Origin: an uncultured Nitrososphaeraceae archaeon
GTDB lineage: Archaea; Thermoproteota; Nitrososphaeria; Nitrososphaerales; Nitrososphaeraceae
Reading direction: 5' to 3'
DNA length: 64,000 nt
Assembly: GCA_963825865.1 (NCBI GenBank)
Contig: CAWGVG010000005.1
Coordinates: forward strand, 32,001-96,000
Position numbers and translations under genes: made by a program. Under the pieces are notes generated by a model that was not told the DNA's origin, made no database searches, and saw only the letters and a list, made by a program, of their open reading frames with translations. Numbering within the stretch: the first letter of the stretch is position 1; each line of letters begins with the position of its first letter. Positions 23,048 to 34,622 of this stretch are shown piece by piece.

Positions 23048-24380
23048 ATGGTAAGATTATCATCAAAGTTAGGAATAGGAGCACAAGAATTATCTAAACA
23101 GCAAAAAGCTATAGCCTTTGGCTCATGGTTTGGATGGTCTCTTGATGGCTATGACCTAGTTTTAATGCTCTTTGTTATATCATCTGTAAACCAACTTTTC
23201 TTTCCATCAACTGACCCTACACTTAGCTCTGCTAGCAACATTTGCCACATATACTATAGCACTTGTAATGCGACCAGTGGGAGGAGCTATTTTTGGAAAT
23301 TTTGGAGACAAACATGGAAGAAAAAAAGCAATGATAATAACAATTCTAGGATTTTCAGCTGTTACATTTTTAACTGGCTTACTTCCGACTTGGTCAACTG
23401 CTGGTATACTATCTCCGATATTACTTATAATTTTAAGATTTACACAAGGATTATTTGCTGGTGGTGAATGGGCAAGTGGTTCTGTAATCACAATGGAGAC
23501 AGCACCAAAAAGTATGCGTGGGCTGCTCTCTGGATTTGTACAAAGTGGATATTCTTTTGGATTTGTAATTGCATCATTAGCATATGGGTTAGCACTTGCT
23601 GCCTTTCCTGGACAATTATTTATAGAAGTAGGATGGAGGATAATGTTCTTCACGGGAATCATACCAGGATTACTTGCCTTATTCATAAGGCTTAAGATGG
23701 ACGAATCGCAAATATGGCTTAAAAAATCAAAAGAACAAAAGGCAATAGCTAAAACTCCGTTAAAAAAGGTAATATTTGATAAAGAACAGAGAAAACGATT
23801 CTTACTTGCACTAATAATTATGACTGGTCTTTTGTACTCTTATTATACTTCTATTGGCTTTATGCCTACATTTTTAGAAAAATACGTTAAGATAAACAGA
23901 AATGAAGTAGCTGCAATAATGATTGTTGTAACAATTGCAGCTCTGATTGGTACTATATTTACTGGATTTCTAAGTCAGTATATTGGAAGAATGAAGACAT
24001 TAACCATCTTTGCGGCAGCAGCTATAATACTTGCAGTACCATTGCTTTATGGTCTATATAGTACTAAAAATATCAATGAAAAAATACTGTATGCATCGAT
24101 GGTAGTATTTGTATCTTCAACAGCTTTTGGACCAATGCCTGCATTTCTATCGGAAAGATTTCCAACTGAAATAAGAAATAGTGCTTCAGGTTTTGCTTAT
24201 AACGGTGGACTGATAATTGGTGCATGGTCCCCACTTATTGCCATAAATCTTTTATCACATGTAGGGCAAAGCCTTCTTTTTGTACCATTAGCACTTGCAT
24301 TAAATATTATAATTGGTGGAGCAATAATATTTATAGGTTCAAGAGTAAACCCTGATACTCGTAACGTAGATTTAGATTAA
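23048..24380 (+). CDS. MFS transporter (metabolite:H+ symporter-like), one frameshift near 23230
   Basis: GWSLDGYD, MRPVGGAIFGNFGDKHGRK, LRFTQGLFAGGEW, ERFPTEIR. Confidence 0.9.
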
Positions 24381-24649
24381 TACATCAAAATAGCGTCAAG
24401 TATAAGCTGTAGGCTTTTGGTCTATTATCTGGTGCAGTGAAACAAATTCATCCTGTGTTAGTAAACTAAAATAAAATAAAATATAATTCCTTTTCCTTCT
24501 TGTCCAAGCAGGCAATAAACAAGATGTATTAAGCAACCATCTATCACCTATACGCTGAAATATCACGTTAGACGATATCTCTTCTATGATAAAAGTTACA
24601 TCGGTACTAGTAATCATCATAGCATCAATTATATCAATAGCAGCCATAA

Positions 24650-25098
24650 AGTTCAAAATCAACAGCTATTGGCTGAGATGCTTTCACCACTTATGCCAAG
24701 CATAGAGAATGTTATCCCAAAAAATCGTTACTGGAATTCTGTGATTGCAACTGCCACAGTAGCCGCAGAAACTATTGCTACGAATATTATCAAACATCCT
24801 ATTATTGATGCAGCAAAATCATTACCAAACGCATTTTTGGCAAAAACATATTCTGCTGCACTTTTAGAGAAGATAGAGGATAATTCAGCATAACTAAATC
24901 CTGTCAATAATACAATAAATGCAGCTATTATAAATGAAATCCACATTGCATTACCAGCAATGCCTGCGACATCGCCAATTATAACGTAAATTCCAGCTCC
25001 TAATATTAGACCTCTACCATACATTATAGCTTGGAATAGGCCAATGCTACGCTTCAGTTGATATTGAAGTTGTTTTTTTCTTTACCTTGTTCTGCCAT
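24650..25098 (-). pseudogene. Truncated APC-family amino-acid permease
   Basis: LKRSIGL, GLILGAGIY, SYAELSSIF..SAAEY; ends after ~4 TM. Confidence 0.75.
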
Positions 25099-25185
25099 GT
25101 ATTATAGTATAGAATATTCACATTTTGATATTATTATGTAGGACAAATTATTTATTATCATCACGATTATGATGATCAGCACCTC

Positions 25186-25848
25186 TCATTCTTTTGATTC
25201 ATCATTTTCAACTGTTGTCCACGGAAACCATTTTCCGATAATTTTACCCCAATCAATTTTTACAATTAAGTATAATATAGTGCCTAAAATTACAGTAGCG
25301 CCAACTGCTCCAATAAGAAGATAAACCGGGTCGTTAGCAACAGAACTAGAAGAACCAAAAAAGCGCTCAATAAATGGCCTTCCTAAAAATACTGCTCCCC
25401 ATACTATAGCTTCATTTAATATAAGTTTGCCAGAAAAAGTGGCAGTAGCGAATTTCCATGGGCTATATTTTGCAATACCTAATGGAATGTATACAAGGTC
25501 ATCTGGAATAGGGGTTAATGCAGCTAGAAAGGCCCCAAGCCACCCATATCTGGCTAAAAGCCTCTCTAATGGAGCCATTCTTTTCTTTGTATCAACATTC
25601 AGAATACTGCGACCATAATAGCTGGCGTAAAATATCATGATTTTAGCTGCAAGTGCTCCACATGCACTAGACAAGGAAATGAGATTAGGATCTAAATGTT
25701 TGTTAAACGCCGCTGTAATTAAAATTGGAAAATATGGGATTGGGATGAAAATGATAATACTTCCTACAAGGCTGATTACAAGTATACCAAGGTAGCCAAA
25801 ATTACCAAAAAATTCAAAAAGTTCACTGACAATATTAGTATCAACCAA
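25186..25848 (-). CDS. DedA/VTT (SNARE-associated) membrane protein
   Basis: GYLGIL..SL.GS..IF.P.P, YGWLGAFLAALTPIPDDLVYIPLG. Confidence 0.85.
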   Translation of the reverse strand: MVDTNIVSELFEFFGNFGYLGILVISLVGSIIIFIPIPYFPILITAAFNKHLDPNLISLSSACGALAAKIMIFYASYYGRSILNVDTKKRMAPLERLLARYGWLGAFLAALTPIPDDLVYIPLGIAKYSPWKFATATFSGKLILNEAIVWGAVFLGRPFIERFFGSSSSVANDPVYLLIGAVGATVILGTILYLIVKIDWGKIIGKWFPWTTVENDESKE

Positions 25849-26231
25849 GCAAAAACTTAGTCATGGCAGTCCTATATAATTAGTAGTTGTCGATTTTATT
25901 GTTGCATATAGCCTCAATTACCGATGACTGAAGAAAGCCGAAATGTATGCTACCTATAGAGAGGATAAGTATTGTTGGCAATAGCTAACTTCAACCTATC
26001 TCAAAAGGGTTGCTGCAACGTTAGAAAATAAGAACGAAATGTCAAAAAGTATTGATAGAATTCATATTAGTAGTGGTTTGCTTGAAGGAGATATATGAGG
26101 CAATGGCAAAGTGCTTGCAGATTACATTATTGAACTTTGTCCATATGGTCTAAATATGTGAATGAGAAGAAAGCAAATCAATGTAAAATTAAATTTATAA
26201 TATGTGATTCACACACATATATCTGCCAGAT

Positions 26232-26663
26232 GTGCAAAATAATAAGCAAATGATATCAAAAATTCTTGTCGCTGTTGATGGTTCTGAATATGCAGAAAAG
26301 GCTTTTGAATATGCATCTTATCTGGCTAAAAAATGTGGATCTGGATTACTAATTGTACATGTGCTTGAAGAATTCCTTAGTGTTGGCCAGTCGATCTTGA
26401 AAGAATTAGAACAAAGAGATCTAGAGATGTTGAAAAAATACAAGTCAAGAGCAAAAGAATCATCAGCAATTACCTATATCGATGTTATCGAGTCAAGAGG
26501 AAATGATGTTGCAGAAGAGATATTACGTGTAGCAGATAAGCAAAAGGTAGATACAATAGTAATAGGTAGCAGAGGAGCTAAAGCTTCCAAAGAATTTCTT
26601 ATGGGAAGTGCTTCATATAAGGTTACTCATTATGCAAAGTGCCCAGTAGTCATAGTAAGATAG
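26232..26663 (+). CDS. Universal stress protein
   Basis: KILVAVDGSE...DTIVIGSRG...LMGSASYKVTHYAKCPVVIVR. Confidence 0.92.
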   Translation: MQNNKQMISKILVAVDGSEYAEKAFEYASYLAKKCGSGLLIVHVLEEFLSVGQSILKELEQRDLEMLKKYKSRAKESSAITYIDVIESRGNDVAEEILRVADKQKVDTIVIGSRGAKASKEFLMGSASYKVTHYAKCPVVIVR

Positions 26664-26778
26664 GAAAATTTGTGGTATACTATCTAATTCACTTAGAACC
26701 AGTACCTATGCATCTTTCTCAATTAAAAATGGAAGTTGCAATTCTATTAATAACTAAAAAATATATACTACAGACACA

Positions 26779-27252
26779 TTGACTGAAACAAAAGGAAGGT
26801 TTTCTAAGATTCTGGCAGCAGTAGATGGATCAGAGCAATCATTTAAAGGAGCAGAATATGCTATTGAGATTGCAAAAAAGTGTAGTGCTCAAATAATCGC
26901 ATTTACTGTACTTGATATATCTAAGCCAAAGCATTTGCCTTCTACCTTCATTACAGCACCTACTTATGGTATGAGAGAATTGGAAGAGGAAAGGAAAGAA
27001 GCCCAGCAGTGGCTAGATAAGATTGCCAATATGGTGTCAGAAAAAGGTAATAATAATAATGTTCAGTTCAAATCACGAATTGAAAGCTCAATGTCGGTAG
27101 AAGGTACAATAGCAAATTATGCTGAAGAGGAGAATATAGATTTAATTGTAATTGGTACTAGAGGTAAATCAGGTTTTAAGAAGTTACTGCTTGGAAGTGT
27201 TGCTTCTAAAGTAGTAACTTATGCTCATTGTTCTGTATTGGTAGTAAAGTGA
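26779..27252 (+). CDS. Universal stress protein
   Basis: KILAAVDGSE...DLIVIGTRGKSGFKKLLLGSVASKVVTYAHCSVLVVK. Confidence 0.92.
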   Translation: MTETKGRFSKILAAVDGSEQSFKGAEYAIEIAKKCSAQIIAFTVLDISKPKHLPSTFITAPTYGMRELEEERKEAQQWLDKIANMVSEKGNNNNVQFKSRIESSMSVEGTIANYAEEENIDLIVIGTRGKSGFKKLLLGSVASKVVTYAHCSVLVVK

Positions 27253-27556
27253 ACTATTGATATTAATTATGCAAAGCTTAGTAGTGTCTCTTAGCTACTA
27301 TTAAAAAATCGAAATAGGAGAAATATATCTAGCAGCGTATGTGATTATAACACAGGGGAGAGAATATCTATGAACGAAAGATCGGATAAGAATAAAGACG
27401 AGGTTTGATGGTCGAGATTATGTGTGTTAAGTATTTAGTATTCAATATAAAAGTAGTAATTTGCTCTTCGTTGTCTATGTCAATCATAATAAAACAATTT
27501 TAAAATAAGAAATAGTAATATTGAAGATAAGAAGAAAAATAGCGATAATGAAAACC

Positions 27557-27638
27557 TTCTTATCTTTCATTTTCTTGGCTGCTTGTTGAACTGAAGCCAT
27601 TTCTTCAATGGTTTCTAGTTTTTTGTTCATTATGTGGC
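27557..27638. repeat. Identical 82-bp copy of the 5' part of the CBS gene (12610-12691)
   Basis: Direct sequence identity read by eye. Confidence 0.85.
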
Positions 27639-27751
27639 CATTTGGATCACCTTACACAACATAATTACTTAATATACTTCTAATTTTTTCTTTCCGATTG
27701 TGCTGTCCCATGCGATCATACCTTTTCTACAACTTGCATTGTATTACTTTA

Positions 27752-28102
27752 CTACTTGTTTGTAGTTTTTGAATAGAACAGATTATCAACATCAATTATC
27801 ATTGCCTCAAGAAACCTTTTATAAGCTTCAAGCAACTTTCTTTTCTTGTCTGCAGGATGAATGTAATCTAAGTATGATACCAATGCTTCCGCATTATTTA
27901 CCATGCCAGTTATACTATCTTCTAATATGAGCTTCTCTTCTACTCCAGATGCAATTGAATCTATTAATGACTTCAGTGATTGTGCCACATTTATTGCTTT
28001 CAGAGTCACTAAGGTCGTTTTTCCAGAGGAAGAAATTTTCTTTTCTTTATTTCTTTTAGATACCATTGATCTTGTCTCCTTAACCAACATATTGACATTC
28101 AT
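27752..28102 (-). CDS. Hypothetical helical protein
   Basis: 116-aa ORF. Confidence 0.5.
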   Translation of the reverse strand: MNVNMLVKETRSMVSKRNKEKKISSSGKTTLVTLKAINVAQSLKSLIDSIASGVEEKLILEDSITGMVNNAEALVSYLDYIHPADKKRKLLEAYKRFLEAMIIDVDNLFYSKTTNK

Positions 28103-28310
28103 ACCACTTATATATATTAGAAAATGCTGTATACACTACAATGCACAACATTTCAAGACATTAAATACTAAGTCTTGTGTTATGATTAATAAAGGGCCTA
28201 TTATCGATAAAAAATTGGCATGATAGTAATTCTGTGATAACTTGTAGTAACTGATCCATAGTAATTATTTTAGGATATGAATTTTAATTAGAGCTTGTTT
28301 TTAACTAAAA

Positions 28311-28778
28311 ATGAATATGTCAACTACTACTACTGGTGCTAGTCAAAAAACGATATTGTCCAAAATATTAGTTGCAATTGATGGCTCTGATGCCTCAATG
28401 GATGCAGCAACTTATGCTATCTCTCTATCTAAAGGATATAATAATTCAGAACTTTATGCTTTGCATGTTATACGTGCTGATGTTGATTTATTCGGACCAC
28501 ATGAAACATCAGAGTTTATGACAACAATGAGAAATGAAGGAGAAAAATATTTGAATAAAGTTAAACGTAATGCAAATGAAAAGAATATTCAGATAAAAAC
28601 AGAAATTATTGCTTGTATAAATATAGCAGGAGGTATAGTAGATTATGCTGAAGAAAATGATATTAACCTAATTGTAATTGGAACAAGGGGGCTATCAGGA
28701 TTTAAGAAACTATTACTTGGAAGTGTTGCATCACATGTTGTAACTTATGCACATTGTCCTGTAATGGTAGTGAAATAG
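28311..28778 (+). CDS. Universal stress protein
   Basis: KILVAIDGSD...LIVIGTRGLSGFKKLLLGSVASHVVTYAHCPVMVVK. Confidence 0.92.
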   Translation: MNMSTTTTGASQKTILSKILVAIDGSDASMDAATYAISLSKGYNNSELYALHVIRADVDLFGPHETSEFMTTMRNEGEKYLNKVKRNANEKNIQIKTEIIACINIAGGIVDYAEENDINLIVIGTRGLSGFKKLLLGSVASHVVTYAHCPVMVVK

Positions 28779-29126
28779 TTATTTTACTTCAAACCTTTCA
28801 GATAACAAAATCAAAAAACAATAATTACAATTTTTGGTTTTAGATTTATTCATTCATTAGACAATCGCGCGCGATAAAGCTTGTATTTTTTCTCTCTTTT
28901 CATCTGACTGCTGTGGAGCATTACATGCCTCTCTGAATATTGCTGTGAAGCCAACAAGACATTTCTCATATTCTTCGGGCAGCCTTTCGTCAATGTATCT
29001 TCTGATGTTGTTCTTGGACTGCTTCCAACGGGAGTAAGATGTACATAATTACGTTAAAATAAAAAAGTAGTTTTAAGAAGTTAAGATATTTAAGATACTA
29101 CCCAGCAATAGCAAGTTGGGACATAT

Positions 29127-29783
29127 ATGAGTTCGTCGGAAGATCGTGACATAGAGCCATTTGATTGGTTCAATAGATTCTTTGGTGGGAGCAGAAGAAG
29201 TGGCGGAAGAGGAGGAGGATTTTTTGGTTTTCCTGATATTTTCAGGGGATTTGATGATATGAGAAAAGAAATGGAAAGACAATTTGAACAACAGTTTAAG
29301 GATATAGAGAGTAAAGCACCAAAAGACCTCGTAAAAGAATATGAAACATCTACTGGGGGTAAGGTAAGAGAATATGGGCCATTTGTTTATGGTTATTCTA
29401 TGACAATAGGTCCTGATGGTAGACCAAAAGTAAGAGAATTTGGCAATGTTAAATCACCATTTAGTAGCAGAGGCTTTTTCACTAGGCCACTTGTATCATC
29501 TGAACGGGAACCTTTAGCAGACGTAACAACTACAGATAAGGAGGTAAAAGTGGTAGTAGAAATGCCAGGTGTTAGCAAAGAGAATATCAAGGTGAATGTC
29601 TATGATAATTCATTAGAAGTAACAACTACTGGCACAGATAGAAAATATCATGAAGTTATTGAAATACCTCCTGAAACAGATATTGAAACAGTTACATCAA
29701 CTTATAAAAATGGAATACTTGAAATAGCATTCAAGAAAAAAGAACAGACAAAACCAAAGGGAAAGCAGATAAAGATAGAATAA
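29127..29783 (+). CDS. hsp20: Archaeal small heat-shock protein Hsp20
   Basis: GPFVYGYSMTIGPDGRPKVREFGNV, REPLADV, VEMPGVSKE, TYKNGILEI. Confidence 0.93.
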   Translation: MSSSEDRDIEPFDWFNRFFGGSRRSGGRGGGFFGFPDIFRGFDDMRKEMERQFEQQFKDIESKAPKDLVKEYETSTGGKVREYGPFVYGYSMTIGPDGRPKVREFGNVKSPFSSRGFFTRPLVSSEREPLADVTTTDKEVKVVVEMPGVSKENIKVNVYDNSLEVTTTGTDRKYHEVIEIPPETDIETVTSTYKNGILEIAFKKKEQTKPKGKQIKIE

Positions 29784-29835
29784 AGTCATTTTCTTTCTCA
29801 TTAACATTTACACTTTTTGAGTTTATATCCTGTTC

Positions 29836-29926
29836 CAGGTATTAGAACAGGATCAAGCAAAAATCCATCACAATCCTCAATTGTCTTCATCAGATCAAGC
29901 TATTCTTGGTCCAATACCAGGAACAC
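29836..29926. repeat. Near-identical ~91-bp copy of the 3' part of ORF 38731-39048 (38947-39037)
   Basis: CAGGTATTAGAACAGGATCAAGC...AGGAACAC with 3 mismatches. Confidence 0.85.
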
Positions 29927-30206
29927 GAGCACTAGAGTACTAAAAAATCATTTTCCAGCAGAATTAATCGATATGTGATAAGTAGAGGTGGTAAGCATTA
30001 TTTTGAAGACGAAATACAATAAGCTTTTGAATAGACCTGTCTGATTGGTAAGTATTGAAGACCATTAAGGTTCCTGCCACAAGAGGGTTTAATTGATCGA
30101 TATCAGATCCTGGTAGAAATTCGCCCATTTTCTTATCTTAAGAGGTTTTCTTCAATTTTTTAATTTCAGAAAATTAAAATCTCCTTGCATTTGTACTTCC
30201 ACTTGA

Positions 30207-30575
30207 GTGGGAATGAGAAAAGAGTTTATTGTTTCAAAGATCGAAGCTTCCCAAGATGGAAGTCCTTATGTTTATGTCGTATTTACGGATGCTAATGAGC
30301 CAAAATCAGCGGGAGGACATGCAGGGAGAAACTTTCCTCAAAGTCGTTTTGGTGTTGGTGCAGGTGCAGTACCATTTAGCTCTCCAGAAGACCTAATGAA
30401 GAATCTGCCTAAAGCTATGTCGAATATGTTAGGAGGTGGAGGGATGGGTACGTCTTCTGATACACCTACATTTAAAATTAGTATGAAAGAATATGATGAC
30501 ATGCAATTAAAGATTGGAGATAAAGTTACGATAGAGATTAAAAGAGTTGCAGATAGTAGTAGTACTGGAGTTTAA
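30207..30575 (+). CDS. Hypothetical protein downstream of hsp20
   Basis: KEFIVSKIEASQDGSPYVYV...TFKISMKEY..M.LKIGDKVTIEI. Confidence 0.7.
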   Translation: MGMRKEFIVSKIEASQDGSPYVYVVFTDANEPKSAGGHAGRNFPQSRFGVGAGAVPFSSPEDLMKNLPKAMSNMLGGGGMGTSSDTPTFKISMKEYDDMQLKIGDKVTIEIKRVADSSSTGV

Positions 30576-30987
30576 TTAAATAGTAAAAAGCGTTAAGTAT
30601 ATTCATAATTATCTCTCTTGATTCGGCTAACAAGCTAATGACTTATTGTTCAGAAATTGTTCAGAATTTTAATATGCAGAGATATGGAGAAGATGATTCA
30701 TATAACAAAACAGCTTTCAAAATTTGTAACATAAGAGAAGAAAAATTCTAGAGCAACCATATTGAATTACGATTGAAATTAGTTTGAAAAAGGATGCGCT
30801 ATATAGCGCATACCTTGTTAGAAAGTGGCTATAACTTTTAACCCCTTTAGAAATATACTTTGAAAAAGAAGGTGAATGGCATGTAGGCATGTATAGCCTG
30901 TCATTCCAACTTACATTAGATGATTCCTCTATTACTATTACAAAGATACAAGAAACTCTTTTCTGTTGGTATGCTGGTTGAAAAATC

Positions 30988-31221
30988 ATGAAAGTCATCC
31001 AGGCCACCTCTGAGATTCCGGGTATGACCAAGGGAGAGGTCGATAGATTCCTTGAAAGTAAACTGAATTTGCAGTTGGCTACCATCGATGGACAAGGTTG
31101 GCCCAATATTCACTCCGTCTGGTTTTACTATGATAAAAATGAAGAAAAACTCTTGATAACAACATCAAAATTGGCCAAGAAAGCACAAAGACAAACCGAA
31201 TGTGTATTTTTCCATAGATGA
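30988..31221 (+). pseudogene. Pyridoxamine-5'-phosphate-oxidase-like flavin/F420-binding protein, truncated
   Basis: EVDRFLESKLNLQLATIDGQGWPNIHSVWF. Confidence 0.7.
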
Positions 31222-31833
31222 TGAGACTTCTGCTCCCAAAGGAGCTAGACTTGTTTATTTACCTATTATTAGTTACGGTTCAATTATAACTAGATTATAG
31301 GTGGTTATAAGTTAATTAATTGGTACTGATAATAGTAGTATCTAGCTAACTAGCCATAAGCTATATTATTATTACCGCCTTTCGTAACAATAGGACTTAT
31401 TTGTTTATGATTGCCACCATTATCGCACTTAAAAGCGATTTTTCAGGCGGCTATATAACATTCACAAATCTAATTCAGCGTTGAACAAGGTATAATGACG
31501 ATAGTATGCATATATATTTCCTATGTTAACTAAGATTTTTAAATAATAAATTCACAGCTTACGGTTTGAATAGATGCGTAGTTGACTCAATGAATAGAAG
31601 CATCCAAAAAGATATATTTATAGGCCTAGGTTTAGTGTTGGTTATTGAATTTTTTTGTTTACTTCACTCTCTTTAAGACCTCAGATAGAGTCACTACTAC
31701 ATAGCCTCCATCCAGATATCTGAAGCGTGATTGCAAATGCTTCGAAATGTGAATTAACTTTGTTAACTAATCTTTTAATTATCTAATTATCTAAATATAC
31801 AATGCATTAGTCAATAATGCAAATCGTAAGTCT

Positions 31834-32310
31834 ATGTTCAACACAAATATCTCTATAAGGATAAGTTTTACTGCTGTTGTATTAGCGGCAGCAATAGCAT
31901 CTGCTAGTGCAGTATTGGAAATTGGAATTATTAATGGCAGTCAATCTCAAATAACACCCTCCTCACCTACTTCGCCATCACCTACTAACAAGACTGTTTC
32001 ACCTGAACTAAAATCAAAGATGTGTGATCCTAATAACCCAAAGCTTAGGTTTGTTAATACAACTGAGTCAAATATATGTGGTATTCCAAAAACAATAAAA
32101 AACGTCACAACACCAACACCAACACCACCTACACCTTCATCACCAACACCACCTACACCTTCATCACCAACACCACCTACACCTTCATCACCAACACCAC
32201 CTACACCTTCATCACCAAAACCAATAACACCACCTTCATCACCAAAACCAATAACACCACCTTCAGAAACAATACCAACCCCACAGGAACCCATACCTGG
32301 ATTACCATAA
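31834..32310 (+). CDS. Secreted Pro/Thr/Ser-rich protein
   Basis: Signal peptide, CDPNNPKL..VNTTES.ICG core, 24-bp tandem repeats encoding PTPPTPSS at ~32115-32265. Confidence 0.7.
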   Translation: MFNTNISIRISFTAVVLAAAIASASAVLEIGIINGSQSQITPSSPTSPSPTNKTVSPELKSKMCDPNNPKLRFVNTTESNICGIPKTIKNVTTPTPTPPTPSSPTPPTPSSPTPPTPSSPTPPTPSSPKPITPPSSPKPITPPSETIPTPQEPIPGLP

Positions 32311-33850
32311 CTACTACTACTAATAACATCACTCACCTATGATCTTTGTAATATTGCTGCTATTACTATGATACCACTATAACTGGTACTACCAACTAAG
32401 ATGATAATAGAAATCCTACTGACTGACGAAATTGTCAAGAGGGCAAAATACGTAAACGAGATTTCAAATTATGTATCGGTTTGCTCATATATCTTGTTGA
32501 ATTACTACTGCTGTCAGATATTTTTAAAGTATCATCATCAACAAATCTTATATATCCTCACGTTTGATTTTTGCGTGCGATGTTGATATTGCAAAGACCA
32601 TATAGATTTACTACATGATGACCATATCTCTTTCCATTTAAAACCACAAATATTGCAACTCCACAATTGAATAGAGTTGGTGTTATTTATTCCACGTCTT
32701 TTGACTGTTAAATAGCCACGTGATTTACAATTAGGACAGGACAGTTACGATAGCGCCTCTGTTAGCTGATCAACTCCAAACTGAACCAATGTTACTATGA
32801 AATATTACTAATTTGGATTATTAATTTGATTTAACTATGTTAATTCAGATTTTTTAGGTGATAATAATAGTACGTTATTGAAACCCTCAAAGTAATTTTC
32901 ATGTATAAAGATAACTAAGAGACCAGTAATGGCACTTATTTTTACCCATCACCACCACCAAACAGGAGGTAAAGATAAAGGCTTTAGATTCCCTACCAGG
33001 TACTACAGTATCGTTATCAAGTATATACAATTCACTACCTATGATATGTCATAATTCTGTTAGGGCAGATCAGATGCAAGTATTTAATGTAGATAATAAT
33101 AATAATTCTGCTGCTACTACTACCATTACCTCTGGCCCTGGTTCTGATCGTAATAATAATAATAATAATGATGATGCTATTGAATATCTCGAATGGTGTA
33201 AGAACAATAATCCAAATCATCCAGATCATTGTAATTGCCATTGGGAAGAGTATCAGGTTTAGTAAATAAATAAATAAAGAAAAGGGGTTAGTTTGTTAGA
33301 AAGAGCTATAGCTAATCCTATCCCGATTATTCTGTAGAGTAATAATACGATGACGAATGAAGACCTAAAGATAAATCCTAAAAGCAAAGAAGCGCTACAT
33401 AATTACATTCAAGCGTAAGAACCAGAAGGAGGCCTTACATTTCTTTATAATCTAGTTACTACTGATTATTACCAATAATGGGTAAATGACTAACTTCAAT
33501 TGATTTGATATTCTCATTAGTTATACGAGAAAAGTCAGCATTAAATCACATTAAATGCTTACTATTGATTATCGTTTTGTGCTTCTTCCTCTGTTGATGT
33601 CAACTTTTAATTTCTATCTCACTTAAGAACTAAAATTAGACCACAGAAATAATGTTTCAAAGCGATTGTTATTGACCTAACACTTAACATACCTCTATAC
33701 ATAGAAGCAGGTTACAAAATAACAACTCCTACGAACGAATGAACTCTCCTATTCTATCATATTTCATTTATTCAATGGTGTTATTATTTTTCTCTCCTCA
33801 TCATAATCAATCGTATTTATTCTTCATTGGCATTTCAAAAGAAAAGAGCT

Positions 33851-34315
33851 CTAACACAAGAACTCATACTGGTGTGTTCCAGTTTCCTTTACAATCCCAT
33901 ATCGCTTCAAGGTGTTTGTCCACTTCTTGATAGTTCGCATGTCTGTGCCTCTGAGAGAAGAGATAGCGTTATAGAGGTGCTTATCTAGAATAAACTGGGG
34001 GACTTCCTCATACCATCCAGTTTCAATTATGAACCTAAATAATTCCTCCTTTAGCTGATACACTTTGGGCGGGATTGCTTTGTTGTTTTTACCATTGCCA
34101 TCGCCGTTATCTTGTAAGAAAGTATACGAAATCTTTTGTGTGCTTTGTGCTTGTGTGTATCTAACTGCCAGATGGTTCTTGATAGCAATTTCAACCTCAT
34201 TTGAGAGACCATACATACCTGAATTCTTCTCCCTTACGACCTCTTTCAGACTGTCCATGAGATTTATTGGTAGAGAAAAGGTGTAATTGTTGTTACCTCT
34301 CCTAGTTCTTGCCAG
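33851..34315 (-). CDS. Putative RHH plus wHTH DNA-binding protein (plasmid/virus-like)
   Basis: GAGGAGG Shine-Dalgarno-like site before an in-frame CTG at 34315; YTFSLPINLMDSLKEVV...LSNEVEIAI (RHH-like); RGTDMRTIKKW...LKRYGIV (wHTH-like). Confidence 0.55.
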   Translation of the reverse strand: MARTRRGNNNYTFSLPINLMDSLKEVVREKNSGMYGLSNEVEIAIKNHLAVRYTQAQSTQKISYTFLQDNGDGNGKNNKAIPPKVYQLKEELFRFIIETGWYEEVPQFILDKHLYNAISSLRGTDMRTIKKWTNTLKRYGIVKETGTHQYEFLC

Positions 34316-34622
34316 CTCTTAAGCCTCCTCTCCTCTAGATATATATATATTTGTATTGTTGTATTGTCCTTTTTGTATAGTAGTATAGTGTAGTATAGTA
34401 GTGTAGTACTGGTACTATTAGTATATTGTACTCATAAAAGTGAAAAAAATGTAAAATATTGATAAAACGTTCATAAGATTTACAGGCAGCAGCAGAGCTG
34501 CAAGGAACAGCACACATGCACACGACACACACGAGTTCATGCGTGTTTTATATGTGTAGTTTGTGCTCCTGCTGCCTGCATTGTTTACTACTACACCTCC
34601 TCATCAGTATCGATATTGAGAT

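Noticed and set aside
26202-27355. TGTG-N7-CACA palindromes near USP genes (26203 and 27340)
   Set aside because: Only two copies, one downstream of a gene; too weak to call an operator.
32110-32265. Regularly spaced repeats as a possible CRISPR array
   Set aside because: These are 24-bp tandem coding repeats (PTPPTPSS) without unique spacers, and no cas genes are present.
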